Assembly: GCA_963696385.1 (NCBI GenBank)
Contig: CAVOKF010000001.1
Span: 160,001 to 224,000, forward strand
Direction of reading: 5' to 3'
DNA length: 64,000 nucleotides
DNA from: an uncultured delta proteobacterium
Lineage (GTDB): Bacteria > Myxococcota_A > Polyangia > Polyangiales > Polyangiaceae
The notes under the pieces are model-generated. The model made no database searches. It saw only the letters and a program-made list of their open reading frames with translations, and was not told the origin of the DNA. Position 1 is the first letter of the stretch; the number at the start of each line of letters is the position of its first letter. Of the stretch, positions 10,823 to 21,460 are shown in pieces. Position numbers and translations under genes: made by a program.

Positions 10823-12243
10823 ATGTCAGTTGCACATTTTCGATGGGGGGTGGGGGTCACGGCGGCTCTCGAGACGCTGTTCGCGACGGCCTTGGCCAGC
10901 GCCGCCGCGCCTCCCGCGTCTCTGGACAAGCCCGCTGACATCCCCCAGCTCCACCTCGACGTGCGGCGGTCGACCCTGCCCAACGGGCTGCGGATCGTGC
11001 TCTCGGTCGACCACACCTCGCCGACGGTGGCGGTCGACGTCATGTACGACGTCGGCGCGCGCAACGAGAAGCGAGGGCACTCCGGGTTCGCGCATCTGTT
11101 CGAGCACATGATGTTCCAGGGATCGGCGAACGTGGCCAAGGGCGAGCAGATGAAGCTCATCACCGCCCATGGCGGCACCCTCAACGCCAACACGAGCTCC
11201 GACCGCACGAACTACTTCGACGTGGTCCCGGAGAGCGAGCTGCCGCTCGCCCTGTGGCTCGAGGCCGACCGGATGAAGTCGCTCGATGTATCGCTGGCCA
11301 ACTTCGACAACCAGCGTCTCGTCGTCGAGGAGGAGTACCGCATGAGGATTCTCAATGCGGCGTACGCACCCGCCGCGCTCCGCCTCGAAGAGCTCGTCTT
11401 TCAGGGCTACTGGCCGTACGCGCACCCGGTCATCGGGTCGATGACGGACCTCGACACGTCGCAGCTCGACTGGGTCAAGGCGTTCCACGCCGAGTACTAC
11501 GCGCCGAACGACGCCGTGCTCGTCGTCTCGGGCGATTTCGATCCCGCCGTGGCCCTCGACCGCGCCAGCGCCTATTTCGGCGATGCGAAGACGGCGACAC
11601 CGCCCGAATACGATCCCGGCGTGATGCCCGATCAGACGCTGCCGCGCGAGGACATCGTGCGGGACGTGCACGCACGTTTTCCCGCGGTTCTTTATGGCTG
11701 GCCCATCCCCCCCGCGCATACGCCCGATCACTACGCGCTCGAGGTCGCCGCCGACGTTCTCGCCGGGGGGAGAGCTCGCGCCTCTATAGGACGCTCGTCC
11801 ACGACAGGGCGATCGCCATCGACATCGACGCCGAGACCGAGGGGCACCGTGGCCCCGACGCTTTCGAGATGAGCTCGAAGGTCTCGAGCAAAGGAACGGT
11901 GGGCGAGGTCGAGAAGGTGATCGCCGATGCCATCGCGTCGCTCTCCAAGCGGCCGCCGACGGACGACGAGATGGTCAAGGTGCGGAGCGGGCTGGCCTCG
12001 CACTTTCTTTTCGGCCTCGAGTCGAACTACGCGCGTGCCGCAGAGCTTGCGACCTTCGAGACCTACTGGGGCGATGCGGCGCTCCTGAACACCGAGCTCG
12101 ATCGATACCTCGCCGTGACCAAGGAGGACGTCTCGCGCGTGGTGGCGAAGTACCTTGTTCCGAGCCGTCGCTCGCGGGTCGAGGTGGAGCCGGGGTTTGC
12201 GAATCCAGCGGCGGCCGACGCAAGCGAGGGGAGGGCGCCATGA
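10823..12243 (+). pseudogene. M16 family zinc peptidase (catalytic subunit), frameshifted at G-run 11765-11770
   Basis: HLFEHMMF HxxEH motif; the C-terminus (GESSRLY...) is in another frame, and adding one G restores LAGGESSRLY. May be a sequencing error. Confidence 0.8.
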
Positions 12244-13814
12244 TGCGGGCGAACGTTCGAAACCATGCTTTCGAGGCCTCGTTCGCCTCCTGGGCTGCGT
12301 CCGCGTTGGCGCTGGGCGCTTGCGGTTGCGGGTCGGCCCGTCCGTCTCCAACCCTGTCCGCCCCGCCCACAGGCGCCTATGTCGCGCCTGCGGCGCCGAG
12401 CAAGGAGCTGCCTCCGGCGCCTCTGGAGACCAGGCCGTCTCCCTTTCCTGGCGTGGTGAAGAGCGCCCTTCAGAATGGCCTTCGCGTGTCCGTCGTCGAA
12501 TCGCATGCCCTGCCCGTCATCGAGCTCCGCGTCGTCGTTCACGCGGGAAGGGGGTTCGCTGCGCCCGGGGTGAGCGAAGTCACCGCCAGGATGCTCAAGG
12601 AGGGCGGGACTCGAGCGCACACGGCGACCGAGGTCGTGAAGCGCATCGAGATGCTCGGGTCGAGCCTCGATGTCGCCGTGGGACCGGATGCGACATGGCT
12701 GTCGATGGGTGTCGTTCGAGGACAGCTGGGCGAGGCCCTGGAGATCCTGGGCGAGGTGCTCACGACTCCACGCTTCGATGCCGCCGAGCTCGCGAGAGTG
12801 AAGGCTCGGACAACGGATCAAGCGCGTGACGATGCGCGCTCGAACGGCACGTGGAGCGCGAACCGCATTCTTTTCCGAGCGCTCTTTCCGCCCGCAAGCC
12901 CGTACGCGATCTACGGCCTCGTTCCAGCGGAAATCGCGAAGGTGGACGGCGCCGCTGTTCGCGATTTCTACGAGCGCTTCTACGCTCCGTCGAAGGTCGA
13001 GGTCATCGTCGCCGGCGATGTGGAGGCGCGGGAAGTGGACAAGGCGATCGACCAGGCGCTGGGGCACTGGAGAGCGGCGACGGTCCGCCCATCCGCGCCG
13101 CCCGATTTCCCGCAGCCCACACCCCCCGACGTGACGCGCGTGTTTGTCGCCCATCGACCGAAGAGCGTGCAGAGCGACATCGTCGTCTCGCAGCTTCTAC
13201 CCGATCGGCACTCCCCCGGCTGGCCCACCGATCGCGTCGCGCTCCAGGTGTTCGGCGGAGGGCTCACGGGGCGCCTGTTCCGGGATGTGCGCGAGAAGCG
13301 ATCGCTCGCCTACTCGGCCAGCGCGCACCCGCTCGAGCTCGCGCACGACGCACAGCCGCTCCTCGCCTACGCGGGCACGCAGGCACCGAAGACGGCGGAA
13401 GCGGTGCAGGCAGTCCTGGACAACCTTGCCGGCATGCGCACTGCGCCGCCGACCCCCGACGAAGTGATGTCGGCCCGGCGCTACCTCAGCGATATCTTCG
13501 CCGTGCGCATGGAAACCCTCGGTGCCATTGCGGACATGGTCGCCCAGCTGCGCGAGCTCGATCTCCCGGACGATTACTGGGACACGTATCGCGCGGGGCT
13601 CCGCGCGGTCACGACAGCGGACACGGACGCAGAGGCGGCGAGGGTGTTCACACCCGATCATGCGCTCATCATCGTGGCCGGCGACGCGGACGTGGTGGCC
13701 GATCCATTGACTCGCTTCGGCGAAGTCACCGTCATCGACCCCGAGAACGACTTCCGCGTGATTCGCCGCCTCCCGAGGAGTGCGGCTGCGGCGAACGATC
13801 GCCAAAATCGATGA
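12240..13814 (+). CDS. M16 family peptidase-like partner subunit (no HxxEH), probable lipoprotein
   Basis: LQNGLRV, RLFRDVREKRSLAYSA motif; ATGA-coupled to the preceding gene. Confidence 0.85.
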   Translation: MMRANVRNHAFEASFASWAASALALGACGCGSARPSPTLSAPPTGAYVAPAAPSKELPPAPLETRPSPFPGVVKSALQNGLRVSVVESHALPVIELRVVVHAGRGFAAPGVSEVTARMLKEGGTRAHTATEVVKRIEMLGSSLDVAVGPDATWLSMGVVRGQLGEALEILGEVLTTPRFDAAELARVKARTTDQARDDARSNGTWSANRILFRALFPPASPYAIYGLVPAEIAKVDGAAVRDFYERFYAPSKVEVIVAGDVEAREVDKAIDQALGHWRAATVRPSAPPDFPQPTPPDVTRVFVAHRPKSVQSDIVVSQLLPDRHSPGWPTDRVALQVFGGGLTGRLFRDVREKRSLAYSASAHPLELAHDAQPLLAYAGTQAPKTAEAVQAVLDNLAGMRTAPPTPDEVMSARRYLSDIFAVRMETLGAIADMVAQLRELDLPDDYWDTYRAGLRAVTTADTDAEAARVFTPDHALIIVAGDADVVADPLTRFGEVTVIDPENDFRVIRRLPRSAAAANDRQNR

Positions 13815-13859
13815 GCGGCGTTCGCTGCACGCGCGGCTGGCGATTCCGGCGAAACTGGG

Positions 13860-14141
13860 TCAGCCGATGAAGACGCCCTTGACGTTGATGGCGAAAATCC
13901 GATCGAACTCAACCTCGCTGACGTCCTCGATTGCCTTCGTGAACGCCCACGCCGCGTTGTTCACGACGATGTCGATGCGACCGAACTTGTCGAAGGCGGC
14001 CCCGAACATGGCGCGGATCTCCTCCGGGATGCCGACGTCGGCTTTCACCGCAAACGCACGCCCGCCACGCCGCTCGATCTCGACGGCGACATCTTCGGCC
14101 TGCGTAGATGTGTCGAGATAGTTGACGGCGATGGACACATC
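13860..14141 (-). pseudogene. SDR oxidoreductase internal fragment
   Basis: IAVNY..AVKADV..FGRIDIVVNNA..FAINVKG; lacks N-terminal TGxxxGIG and YxxxK. Confidence 0.75.
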
Positions 14142-14306
14142 GAGAACCGCAACGGCCTGCTGGTGGACCTGCAAATGGACACCGCCGACGGGTACGCCGA
14201 ACGCCGTGCGGCGCTCGAGATGCTCGACAACAACGTGCCAGGCGTACGGCGCATCACCGTCGCGGGCGACAAGGGCTACGACACCAGCGACTTCGTCGAG
14301 GAGCTC
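14142..14306 (+). mobile_element. IS5-like transposase fragment
   Basis: ENRNGLLVD..AERRAALEML..ITVAGDKGYDTSDFVEEL DDE segment. Confidence 0.7.
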
Positions 14307-14697
14307 GTCCACGTGGCACTTGCCGTACTGTCCAACCTCACGGATCCCAGCGCGATCGCATCACCCCAGGTTCGCTATAGCGTCGCGAGCAACGCGCTCA
14401 TCATTTGCGGGGCGTTCGTACCGATGGGTGCGCGGCCCGGAGCCGGCGCGAGCGGACCGACGTCGCCCAGTGAGTTCGGCCTTTATCCGTACTTGTATCA
14501 CGTCGACTTGAAGGTCTACATGTGAGCCCGCGCGCGCGTGCTGGTGGTGCGCTCCCCGGCGCGGTCTCGGCCCCGCGCGAGGGAGCCGGGCAGGTCTTCG
14601 CCTGTAGTGCGTGCGGTGCAACGTACCGGGATGAAACCTGGGAGAACCTTCTGCTTTCCCGGCGAATCGAGCCGCCGGAGGTGCAACGCCTCCCTCG

Positions 14698-15333
14698 ATG
14701 CATTCCTCCGAGGGGAAGAACCAATGGGTGCGTCGCTGGCGCTACGTGATGGCGCCGACGACGCGACCAGGAATCTGGCGGCTGAAGGATCGGCGATACT
14801 TCGTTCGCGTTCGAGTGACGGACCCGCGTACGGGCCGGCGGGTCCAGTGCGCGCGCGCTCTTCGCGGGATGACCGTTACGGTCCGGGACGCCATCCGGGT
14901 CCGGGACCGGCTTCGGTACGAGGGCCGCGAGCGCATCGAGGGGAAGATCCGGTCGCTGCCGCTTTGGGGCGAGTACGCAGCGTCGTTGCTGGAGGCAAAG
15001 GTCGCTGAAGGAAGGCTCTCGTCCTCGAAGAGCCGCGAGCGTTGGGGCAACGTGCTGGGACGGCTGATCCCGGCGTTCGGGCGTCTGCGCGTCGACGAAC
15101 TGCGGACCGCCGACCTCGTCGCGTGGCGTGACGAGGTTGGGCGCTGGCTCCGCGACGGGATGCCCTCGTCGCGCACGCGCGACAAGGGCAAGCTCGTCCG
15201 GCTCTCGCCCACCACGGCGAACGGATGGATCTCGATCCTCAAGGTGATCTGCGCCGCGATGACGAAGCACTACGAGCTCGCGCGCGACCCAGCGCTCCTT
15301 CTCAGGACACCGTGCTCAAAGATGCTTGGCTGA
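14698..15333 (+). pseudogene. Tyrosine integrase N-terminal (arm/core-binding) fragment
   Basis: PGIWR..YFVR..DPRTGR, LIPAFGRLRVDELRTADL, SPTTANGWISILK; catalytic domain absent where the SDR gene ends. Confidence 0.65.
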
Positions 15334-16264
15334 CGCCGGAGGCCTTGATGAAACGGTGAATTGCCTCGTTGGCATTGTCTTGAAATGACGTGTTCTTCAA
15401 AGATGTAAAGAAGGTGCTCTGGTCCACCATCTCCCCGGACAGCTTGCCCTCCTTACTGGCGTAGAAGACGCCGCTCTTGTACCGGTCCTCCGAGATGGCA
15501 TCTACGAACCGCTTCACGCCCACTTCAATCCCATGCACTGCTCCCATCAGCGGGAAGACGATGGGCATCATCACGAACTTCAACATGAATCTCATTGGTT
15601 GCGGGAGACTGTCTGGAGCCAGAGTTCCCCGCGTATTCCCGGGACTGACAACCACAAATTTCAGCTCCGGGTGCCTTCGGGCCATGGAGAGCGCCCACAT
15701 CGTTCCCGCATACTTCACGTAGCCGTAGGCTTGCGTTGGATCGAACTTCTTGCCGAAGTATGTTCCGTCGAGAACGGCAGCAAATTCATCAGCAGAATAC
15801 GTCGGCAGTGCCACCGGTTTCATGCCAAGTGGCTTCACTCCTGGCACAGCTTCTGCGCTTACAAACAGCACCGCCTTCTTCAGCTTTCCGCGTTTGATCA
15901 GCTCGTCTACCAAGACGACGTGCCCCAAAATATTGGTAGCAGCCAGTTCATTCATGCCGGAAGGCGTGGGCTTCCAAGCGGTTGCTCCGACCATCCCTCC
16001 TGCATTCAGGATGACGGCATCAATCGGTTGTTTAAGCTTGTCTACGGCCTTTCTGACGGAAGCTTCGTCAGAGACATCGCCGATAACGATGTCAAAGATC
16101 CTCTTCCCCGTTTTCTCCTCGAGATTCTTCTGTGCCGCCTCTGCTTTCGCTTGATTTCTGCAGAAAAGAACGACTTTTTTCGTTTCTTCTCTCAGCGCCA
16201 ACTGCCGGGCAGTCTCTTTCCCGAGACCAATGTTGGCGCCGGTGATCAATATGCTCTCGTTCAT
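15302..16264 (-). CDS. SDR family NAD(P)-dependent oxidoreductase
   Basis: ITGANIGLG, ILNAG, YGYVK (YxxxK); visibly lower GC than its flanks. Confidence 0.9.
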   Translation of the reverse strand: MNESILITGANIGLGKETARQLALREETKKVVLFCRNQAKAEAAQKNLEEKTGKRIFDIVIGDVSDEASVRKAVDKLKQPIDAVILNAGGMVGATAWKPTPSGMNELAATNILGHVVLVDELIKRGKLKKAVLFVSAEAVPGVKPLGMKPVALPTYSADEFAAVLDGTYFGKKFDPTQAYGYVKYAGTMWALSMARRHPELKFVVVSPGNTRGTLAPDSLPQPMRFMLKFVMMPIVFPLMGAVHGIEVGVKRFVDAISEDRYKSGVFYASKEGKLSGEMVDQSTFFTSLKNTSFQDNANEAIHRFIKASGVSQASLSTVS

Positions 16265-16778
16265 GTGGCTCCGGGGGGTGGTGAGGGCGATCGAACCGGG
16301 CGCGTCAGAGGCCGGTCACCTTGCCAATTGTGAAACGATCGGTACCTTATGGAGCGCAGCCGTACGAGGAGTTCAAGACGGCCATCGATCGCGAACTGGC
16401 CAGGAGCGCCGCGACGAGATGACCCGGGCTGCGAAACGGGAGCTTTCCGTCGGTCCTTCGGTACGCGACATGCTTCGAAACTCGTCCGGCGCTCCCAAAG
16501 GATGTCGAGCACCTTCGGGGTTGACTCGCCCCGCACCCGGCATGGCCGATGCTAGGTGGGCCCTTGAAATGGAGGTTCCAGTGATGAGCATGATCCATTC
16601 TGAGCACCAGGTCGTCACGATCACCGCTGCCGTGGTCGCCTTGACTCTTGTCGCCTGCGGGCACGAGACGCAGACACAAGCGGCGGCAGCACCGTCCAAT
16701 GAAGTGGACCCCAAATTTCGGACCACCCCTTAAGGTAGTAAAGACGGGCCTGCTCCCCGATGACGAGGAGCAGGATCA

Positions 16779-17072
16779 ATGAAAAATACACGCACGAAGC
16801 ACACGGCAGAATTCAAGGCGAAGGTTGCGCTTGCGGCGATTCGGGAGGAGGCCACGGTCCCGGAGCTGGCGCGTCGATACGGGATTCACCCGACGCAGAT
16901 CTTCAAGTGGAAGAAGACGTTCGTGGAAAACGCAGCACGCGTATTCCAATCCGAGGGGGCCAGGAGCGATGGTGGCGAGGAGCGCGAGCGCGAGGCGGAG
17001 CTACTCAAGAAGATTGGCGAGCTCACGGTTGAACGCGATTTTTTATCGCGCGGGCTCGGGCGGCTGCGGTGA
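16779..17072 (+). CDS. IS3 transposase OrfA (HTH)
   Basis: [30 protein letters not shown]; ends ERDFL near a T6 run, a possible frameshift site. Confidence 0.9.
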   Translation: MKNTRTKHTAEFKAKVALAAIREEATVPELARRYGIHPTQIFKWKKTFVENAARVFQSEGARSDGGEEREREAELLKKIGELTVERDFLSRGLGRLR

Positions 17073-17911
17073 AGGACCGACGCGCGATGGTGGCCCCGGA
17101 CAGCAAGGTTTCGGTCCGCCGACAATGCGAGCTTTTGCGCGTATCGCGCTCGGGCCTGTACTACGTGCCCGAGCCAACCGAGCCCGAGGAGCTTGCGCTG
17201 ATGCGACGGATCGACGAGCTCCATCTGCGGTTTCCGTTTTACGGGAGCCGCAAGCTCGCAATCGCGTTGCGAGGCGAAGGCCACGAAGTGAATCGAAAAC
17301 ATATCCAGCGACTGATGCGGGTCATGGGGCTGGAGGCCATGGCTCCTCGGGCGCGCACGAGTCGGCCGAGTCAAGAGCACGCGATCTATCCTTACCTCCT
17401 TCGCGGCCTCGAGATCAGCCGCATCAATCAGGTGTGGGCAAGCGACATCACGTACGTGCCGCTGGCGCACGGCTTCGTGTACCTCGTCGCGATCCTGGAC
17501 TGGTACTCGCGGCGGGTTCTCGCCTGGCGCCTGTCGAACACGCTCGATCCCGGCTTCTGCGTGGACGCCCTGGAGCAGGCACTTGCCCACTTCGGTGCGC
17601 CCGAGATCTTCAATACCGACCAAGGCGCGCAATTCACGTCCGACGCATTTACGAAGGTGCTTCGGCGACGCGGCATTCGCATAAGCATGGACGGCAAGGG
17701 CCGCTGCATCGACAACGTGTTCGTCGAGCGGCTTTGGCGATCGGTCAAATACGAGGAGGTGTACCTGCATGCCTACGAAGACGTGCGCGAGGCGCGCGCC
17801 GGGATCGGTCGCTACATGACGTTCTACAACGAAAGCCGCCCGCACCAAGCGCTCGGCTACCAAACACCCAGGGCATTCTTCGACGCACTGTGGTCGGGCA
17901 AGGCTGCGTGA
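17069..17911 (+). CDS. IS3 transposase OrfB (DDE)
   Basis: [35 protein letters not shown]. Confidence 0.93.
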   Translation: MKDRRAMVAPDSKVSVRRQCELLRVSRSGLYYVPEPTEPEELALMRRIDELHLRFPFYGSRKLAIALRGEGHEVNRKHIQRLMRVMGLEAMAPRARTSRPSQEHAIYPYLLRGLEISRINQVWASDITYVPLAHGFVYLVAILDWYSRRVLAWRLSNTLDPGFCVDALEQALAHFGAPEIFNTDQGAQFTSDAFTKVLRRRGIRISMDGKGRCIDNVFVERLWRSVKYEEVYLHAYEDVREARAGIGRYMTFYNESRPHQALGYQTPRAFFDALWSGKAA

Positions 17912-18486
17912 ATTCTTTCCACCGTCGTCCACAGGGTCGCTCACAACTTGCCAGTCTCCCCCCCGCCCCCCCCCTCAATTGCCACCAGACACGTGGAAGT
18001 CTATGTGGACGACCGATACGAAATTCACGACGAGAACAACTACGACTTGACTTTAGATATCCCACGAGCGAGAGAAAGAACGAGAGCAGGCCCTACCTTA
18101 ACTGCCGACCAGTTTGGTCCGAACGAAGGGGTCCACCTCACAATGCCCAGCCGGGTGTGACGAGCATGCAACCGACGCCGTCCAACACGCCGACCGCGTC
18201 GAGCGTTGCAATCTCCGACGAGGTGCTGCGAGCCTGCAACATCCCCGACGGCGACGCCTATTTCGCGTTCGACTCAGCTCACCTGACCGGGTTCGACCAG
18301 GCACCACTGGACGCAGTGGCCGTGTGCTTCACCAGCGGACCGATGCAAGGTCACAAGTTGGATCTCGTGGGGCACGCCGATCCGCGTGGAGCCATGGATT
18401 ACAACATGACGCTCGGACAGGCCCGGTCCGACGCCGTTGCCGCGTATCTCGGCGACCACGGCCTGAATCGGAGCCAAGTATCGACG

Positions 18487-19377
18487 TCATCGCGGGGGGC
18501 GATGGACGCCACCGGTCGCGACGAGACCGGCTGGGCGCATGACCGGCGGGTCGACATCTCGCTGGCCAAGTGATCCAGGTTCACGGGTCACGTGGAAAAG
18601 GGAGTCGACTGCGATGCGCGCTGCCTGCGAAACGCGCGAGATACGTCGATTCCGATGAAAGGCGAGATCTTCAGCGGAGCTTTCAGCCGGAAAGTTCATA
18701 CCCATGTAGGCGACGAACTGTTCCGCGAGGTCCTCATCGCGTTGCCGATCGTAGCCAACAAGATCCCAGACTCCCAGCCGTGAGCTGAGCACGTGCGAAA
18801 TCTCGTGAGTCAGTGTCCGGACGAAGCCCGGATTGGGTTGAAACGATCCATTTGCGCTTTTGATCAATGGGTCGTTGCGAACGAACAGGTGGTTGAGCGA
18901 ATCGACGTACAGTCCCCAATAACAGCACCGTGGTGCGACTGCGTCGAAACGGGATGGCAAATCGTTCAAGGCACGGGCCGACTTGCCGTCCAACAGCGAG
19001 TTGCCCGGCAGAAGGGAGATCGTGGGAAGGTTTTCGGCTTCGTAGCGGCGTTCAGGCAACTTCTTCGCGCTCAGAAACTCGCGATATCGCGCGAATGCGC
19101 TCCGGCAAGTTTCGTCGATGACGGCGAAGGCGTCCGCGCTCGGCGACGTCTCCGCAAGCAGAGCCGACGTGGGGCGCCACTCGACGACCGCCATCCGGCA
19201 GTGAGGGACCCACACTGGTTGAGCGAGGCGTTCGTTTTCGCGAGGCAATGCGTCGAACCGGGTGACCGGCCCGCGTGCAGCGGCGGGCCACGAGATCAGC
19301 AAGACCCACGCGAGCGCTGCGAGCGCGACGAATCGCGTGAGGCGGAACGCCACGGAGCTTTGAGGACAATGTGCCAT
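18487..19377 (-). CDS. Secreted hypothetical protein with HEXXH zincin-like motif
   Basis: Signal peptide; TLTHEISH with downstream DEDLAE. 3' end overlaps the OmpA remnant. Confidence 0.55.
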   Translation of the reverse strand: MAHCPQSSVAFRLTRFVALAALAWVLLISWPAAARGPVTRFDALPRENERLAQPVWVPHCRMAVVEWRPTSALLAETSPSADAFAVIDETCRSAFARYREFLSAKKLPERRYEAENLPTISLLPGNSLLDGKSARALNDLPSRFDAVAPRCCYWGLYVDSLNHLFVRNDPLIKSANGSFQPNPGFVRTLTHEISHVLSSRLGVWDLVGYDRQRDEDLAEQFVAYMGMNFPAESSAEDLAFHRNRRISRVSQAARIAVDSLFHVTREPGSLGQRDVDPPVMRPAGLVATGGVHRPPR

Positions 19378-19498
19378 AAGGCCGCTCCGTCAGGTTAGCG
19401 GACTGAGGAGAGCCGATCACCCTCGCGCGCGCAGCCGGGTTGCTTTAACGATGATACGCTCCCGTTACGACCCCAATAGCGGCGGCCGAAGGGCGGAC

Positions 19499-20890
19499 TC
19501 AGTGCGATCGGCTGGCTGCGGACGCCTGCGCGACCCGAAGGCGGTTCGTCACGTGTGCCGCCCCCGCCAAGACAGCGTCGGCGTTGGCGGCCCGTACCTC
19601 GCCCCAGGTGTCGACGACGCCGGTGAGCGTCACATCGCCGTCGCGATCGACGGCCACCGTGACCGGACCCGTGCCGACGCGCGGATCCCAGAAGATGTTC
19701 TCGTTCACGCGATCTTCGATCGCCTGGGGCGAGCGAAGCGGGGGCCTTGCGCCGCCCCCAGGTCCCTTGTCTTGCACGTCCACGACCCCTGGCGCGCCCT
19801 CGACGTCGCTCGCGACGCTCTCCTCCGGCAGCGCCATCCGAGCGTCCACTCGCCGGACGCCCCAGACACGGTAGGCATCGCGCACGGCCGCTTCCGCGGC
19901 CGGGAAGTCGGAGACCGGGCCGACCAGTGTCACGACGCTGCTTTCGACGCTCACGCTCGGCAACACGGTGCCGACCTCGGCGTCGGTCAGGAGGGCTGTG
20001 CGGACCGCCTCCGCGATGGTCGCGTCGGTCGGAGGCGTCCGCTCCTCCGCTGCGCGAACCTGCTCGTTGGCGAACCAGTCGACGCGTAGGGCGCCGGCGT
20101 TCACGTTGGTGACGCCGGAAACCGAAGCGTCCGCCACGGCCGCGTCGTGTTGGAAAAGACTGCCGACCACTCCCGAAAGGGTGGCCGTTCCGCGGCTCAC
20201 CGCGACCGCGACGGGCGCCCCATCGAGTCGAGCGTCGTGCTCGAGCCTGTTCCGGACATCAGCCGAAACCTGGGCGTCGCCTCGAGATTCCGGAGGCAGA
20301 TCGATGGCGAGCGCGACCCGACGGACGCCTGGAACGCGGGCCGCGACCTCCGATAGCTCCTCGCGCTGGCTGGGCGATTCCGCCGAGCCGCGAATCGTGA
20401 CGGCGCCCCCAAGGGACGACGCGTGCACCTGGGTGCTTCGCGTGACCCGGTTTGCCCGGATCGCGTCGTCCACGCTCGAACCGATCTCCTCGTCGCTGCG
20501 CGCGATGGCGTTCACGACGATGCCGTTGTCGACCGAGGTGGCTCCCTTGAAGGTGCCGGCCACGCGGGAAGCCCGCCACCGGTCGGCGAGGGTCGGCACG
20601 GAGCCCGCGAGGCTGACCTTTCCGTTCAGCACCGACACCTGCACCGGTTGGGCGCCCAGAACGGCATCGCGCTGGATGGCTCGCTGGATCGCGGCCGCCA
20701 AACGCGCGTCAGAAACCGGGACGCGCGCGGGGGCCGACGTGCGCTCGCGCGCGCACGCGGGCGAGACGACCGCCGGGCCGAAGAACAGGAGACACAACCA
20801 GAGGGCGCGCGCTAGGACCGCAGTCAACGTCCGAGCGGTCCGTCCCGGCGCCGAGGTCGATCTGGTTTCCGCCACGCGTGGCTCGGTCAT
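19499..20890 (-). CDS. Multi-BON domain lipoprotein (OsmY-like)
   Basis: About five repeats of D..I...V..(G)xVTLxGxV..A...V.GV..V.N; PAC lipobox-like site. Confidence 0.85.
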   Translation of the reverse strand: MTEPRVAETRSTSAPGRTARTLTAVLARALWLCLLFFGPAVVSPACARERTSAPARVPVSDARLAAAIQRAIQRDAVLGAQPVQVSVLNGKVSLAGSVPTLADRWRASRVAGTFKGATSVDNGIVVNAIARSDEEIGSSVDDAIRANRVTRSTQVHASSLGGAVTIRGSAESPSQREELSEVAARVPGVRRVALAIDLPPESRGDAQVSADVRNRLEHDARLDGAPVAVAVSRGTATLSGVVGSLFQHDAAVADASVSGVTNVNAGALRVDWFANEQVRAAEERTPPTDATIAEAVRTALLTDAEVGTVLPSVSVESSVVTLVGPVSDFPAAEAAVRDAYRVWGVRRVDARMALPEESVASDVEGAPGVVDVQDKGPGGGARPPLRSPQAIEDRVNENIFWDPRVGTGPVTVAVDRDGDVTLTGVVDTWGEVRAANADAVLAGAAHVTNRLRVAQASAASRSH

Positions 20891-21070
20891 TGCGTGCGTC
20901 GGTTCGTCGCGCGCACCTTGCCGCGACACAATTCCAGCGAAATGTCGAGGCATTGTTGGATCTCCACATTGACGCCCGAGCCGCTCTCCCGGACTGTGGC
21001 CAACCCCGCCGATCCGGGCCGAGCGAACGACGACTCCACCATGCGGCACTTCCCCACGATCGCCTCTGCC

Positions 21071-21205
21071 TCAGCGGACCGTCGTCGTGGTTGGCCCGGC
21101 CGGAGGCCGCTGCCTGAGCCTCCATAAGCTCACCAGGGCCGCGAGAAGGCCGATTCCGAGAATCAGATAGATGACCAGGGATGGGACCGATTCCGGGGGA
21201 TTCAT
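21071..21205 (-). CDS. Small single-TM protein (44 aa)
   Basis: MNPPESVPSLVIYLILGIGLLAALVSLWRLRQ...; GAGG RBS, ATGA overlap with the upstream ORF. Confidence 0.45.
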   Translation of the reverse strand: MNPPESVPSLVIYLILGIGLLAALVSLWRLRQRPPAGPTTTTVR

Positions 21206-21390
21206 CGCGACCTCGTCGGCGAGAAGATCGTCAAGAAACGAGTACTAGACCCGAGTGCGGACCTGCGACCGAGCCCAAAAGCGATCTCTCTCCGGTACTC
21301 CTCGGCGATGCGGATCATCAAGGCAGCGATGACGAGCGGGTGCAACGCGACCGCAGCCCCAACCTGACCCAATAAACCTGCTGCATTCAT
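21202..21390 (-). CDS. Small hypothetical protein (62 aa)
   Basis: AAGGAG RBS and upstream sigma54-like motif. Confidence 0.4.
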   Translation of the reverse strand: MNAAGLLGQVGAAVALHPLVIAALMIRIAEEYRREIAFGLGRRSALGSSTRFLTIFSPTRSR

Positions 21391-21428
21391 GGAAGCTCCT
21401 TGAGCAACGGCAACGGGGATCGCTGAAC

Positions 21429-21443
21429 GCAAGACCCATGCCC
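21429..21443 (-). promoter_or_regulatory. Putative sigma54 promoter
   Basis: GGGCATGGGTCTTGC on the minus strand. Confidence 0.55.
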
Positions 21444-21460
21444 GGCCGACCCAAGGTGCG

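Larger units (their letters stand above)
16700..18140 (+). mobile_element. IS3 family insertion sequence, 3-bp TSD CAA
   Basis: TG...CA ends, 26-bp IRs matching 21/26, CAA at 16697-16699 and 18141-18143. Confidence 0.93.
16584..18573 (+). pseudogene. OmpA/Pal-like lipoprotein interrupted by IS3
   Basis: N-terminus LTLVAC..AAAAPS joins in frame to NAQP..GHADPRG..YNMTLGQARS..DRRV once the IS and one CAA are removed. Confidence 0.9.

Noticed and set aside
14500..14750. tRNA/att site next to integrase
   Set aside because: No cloverleaf or T-loop motif recognisable.
16825..18573. 582-aa ORF as transposase-OmpA fusion
   Set aside because: Off-frame read through the IS3; only the last ~143 aa are the interrupted OmpA gene.
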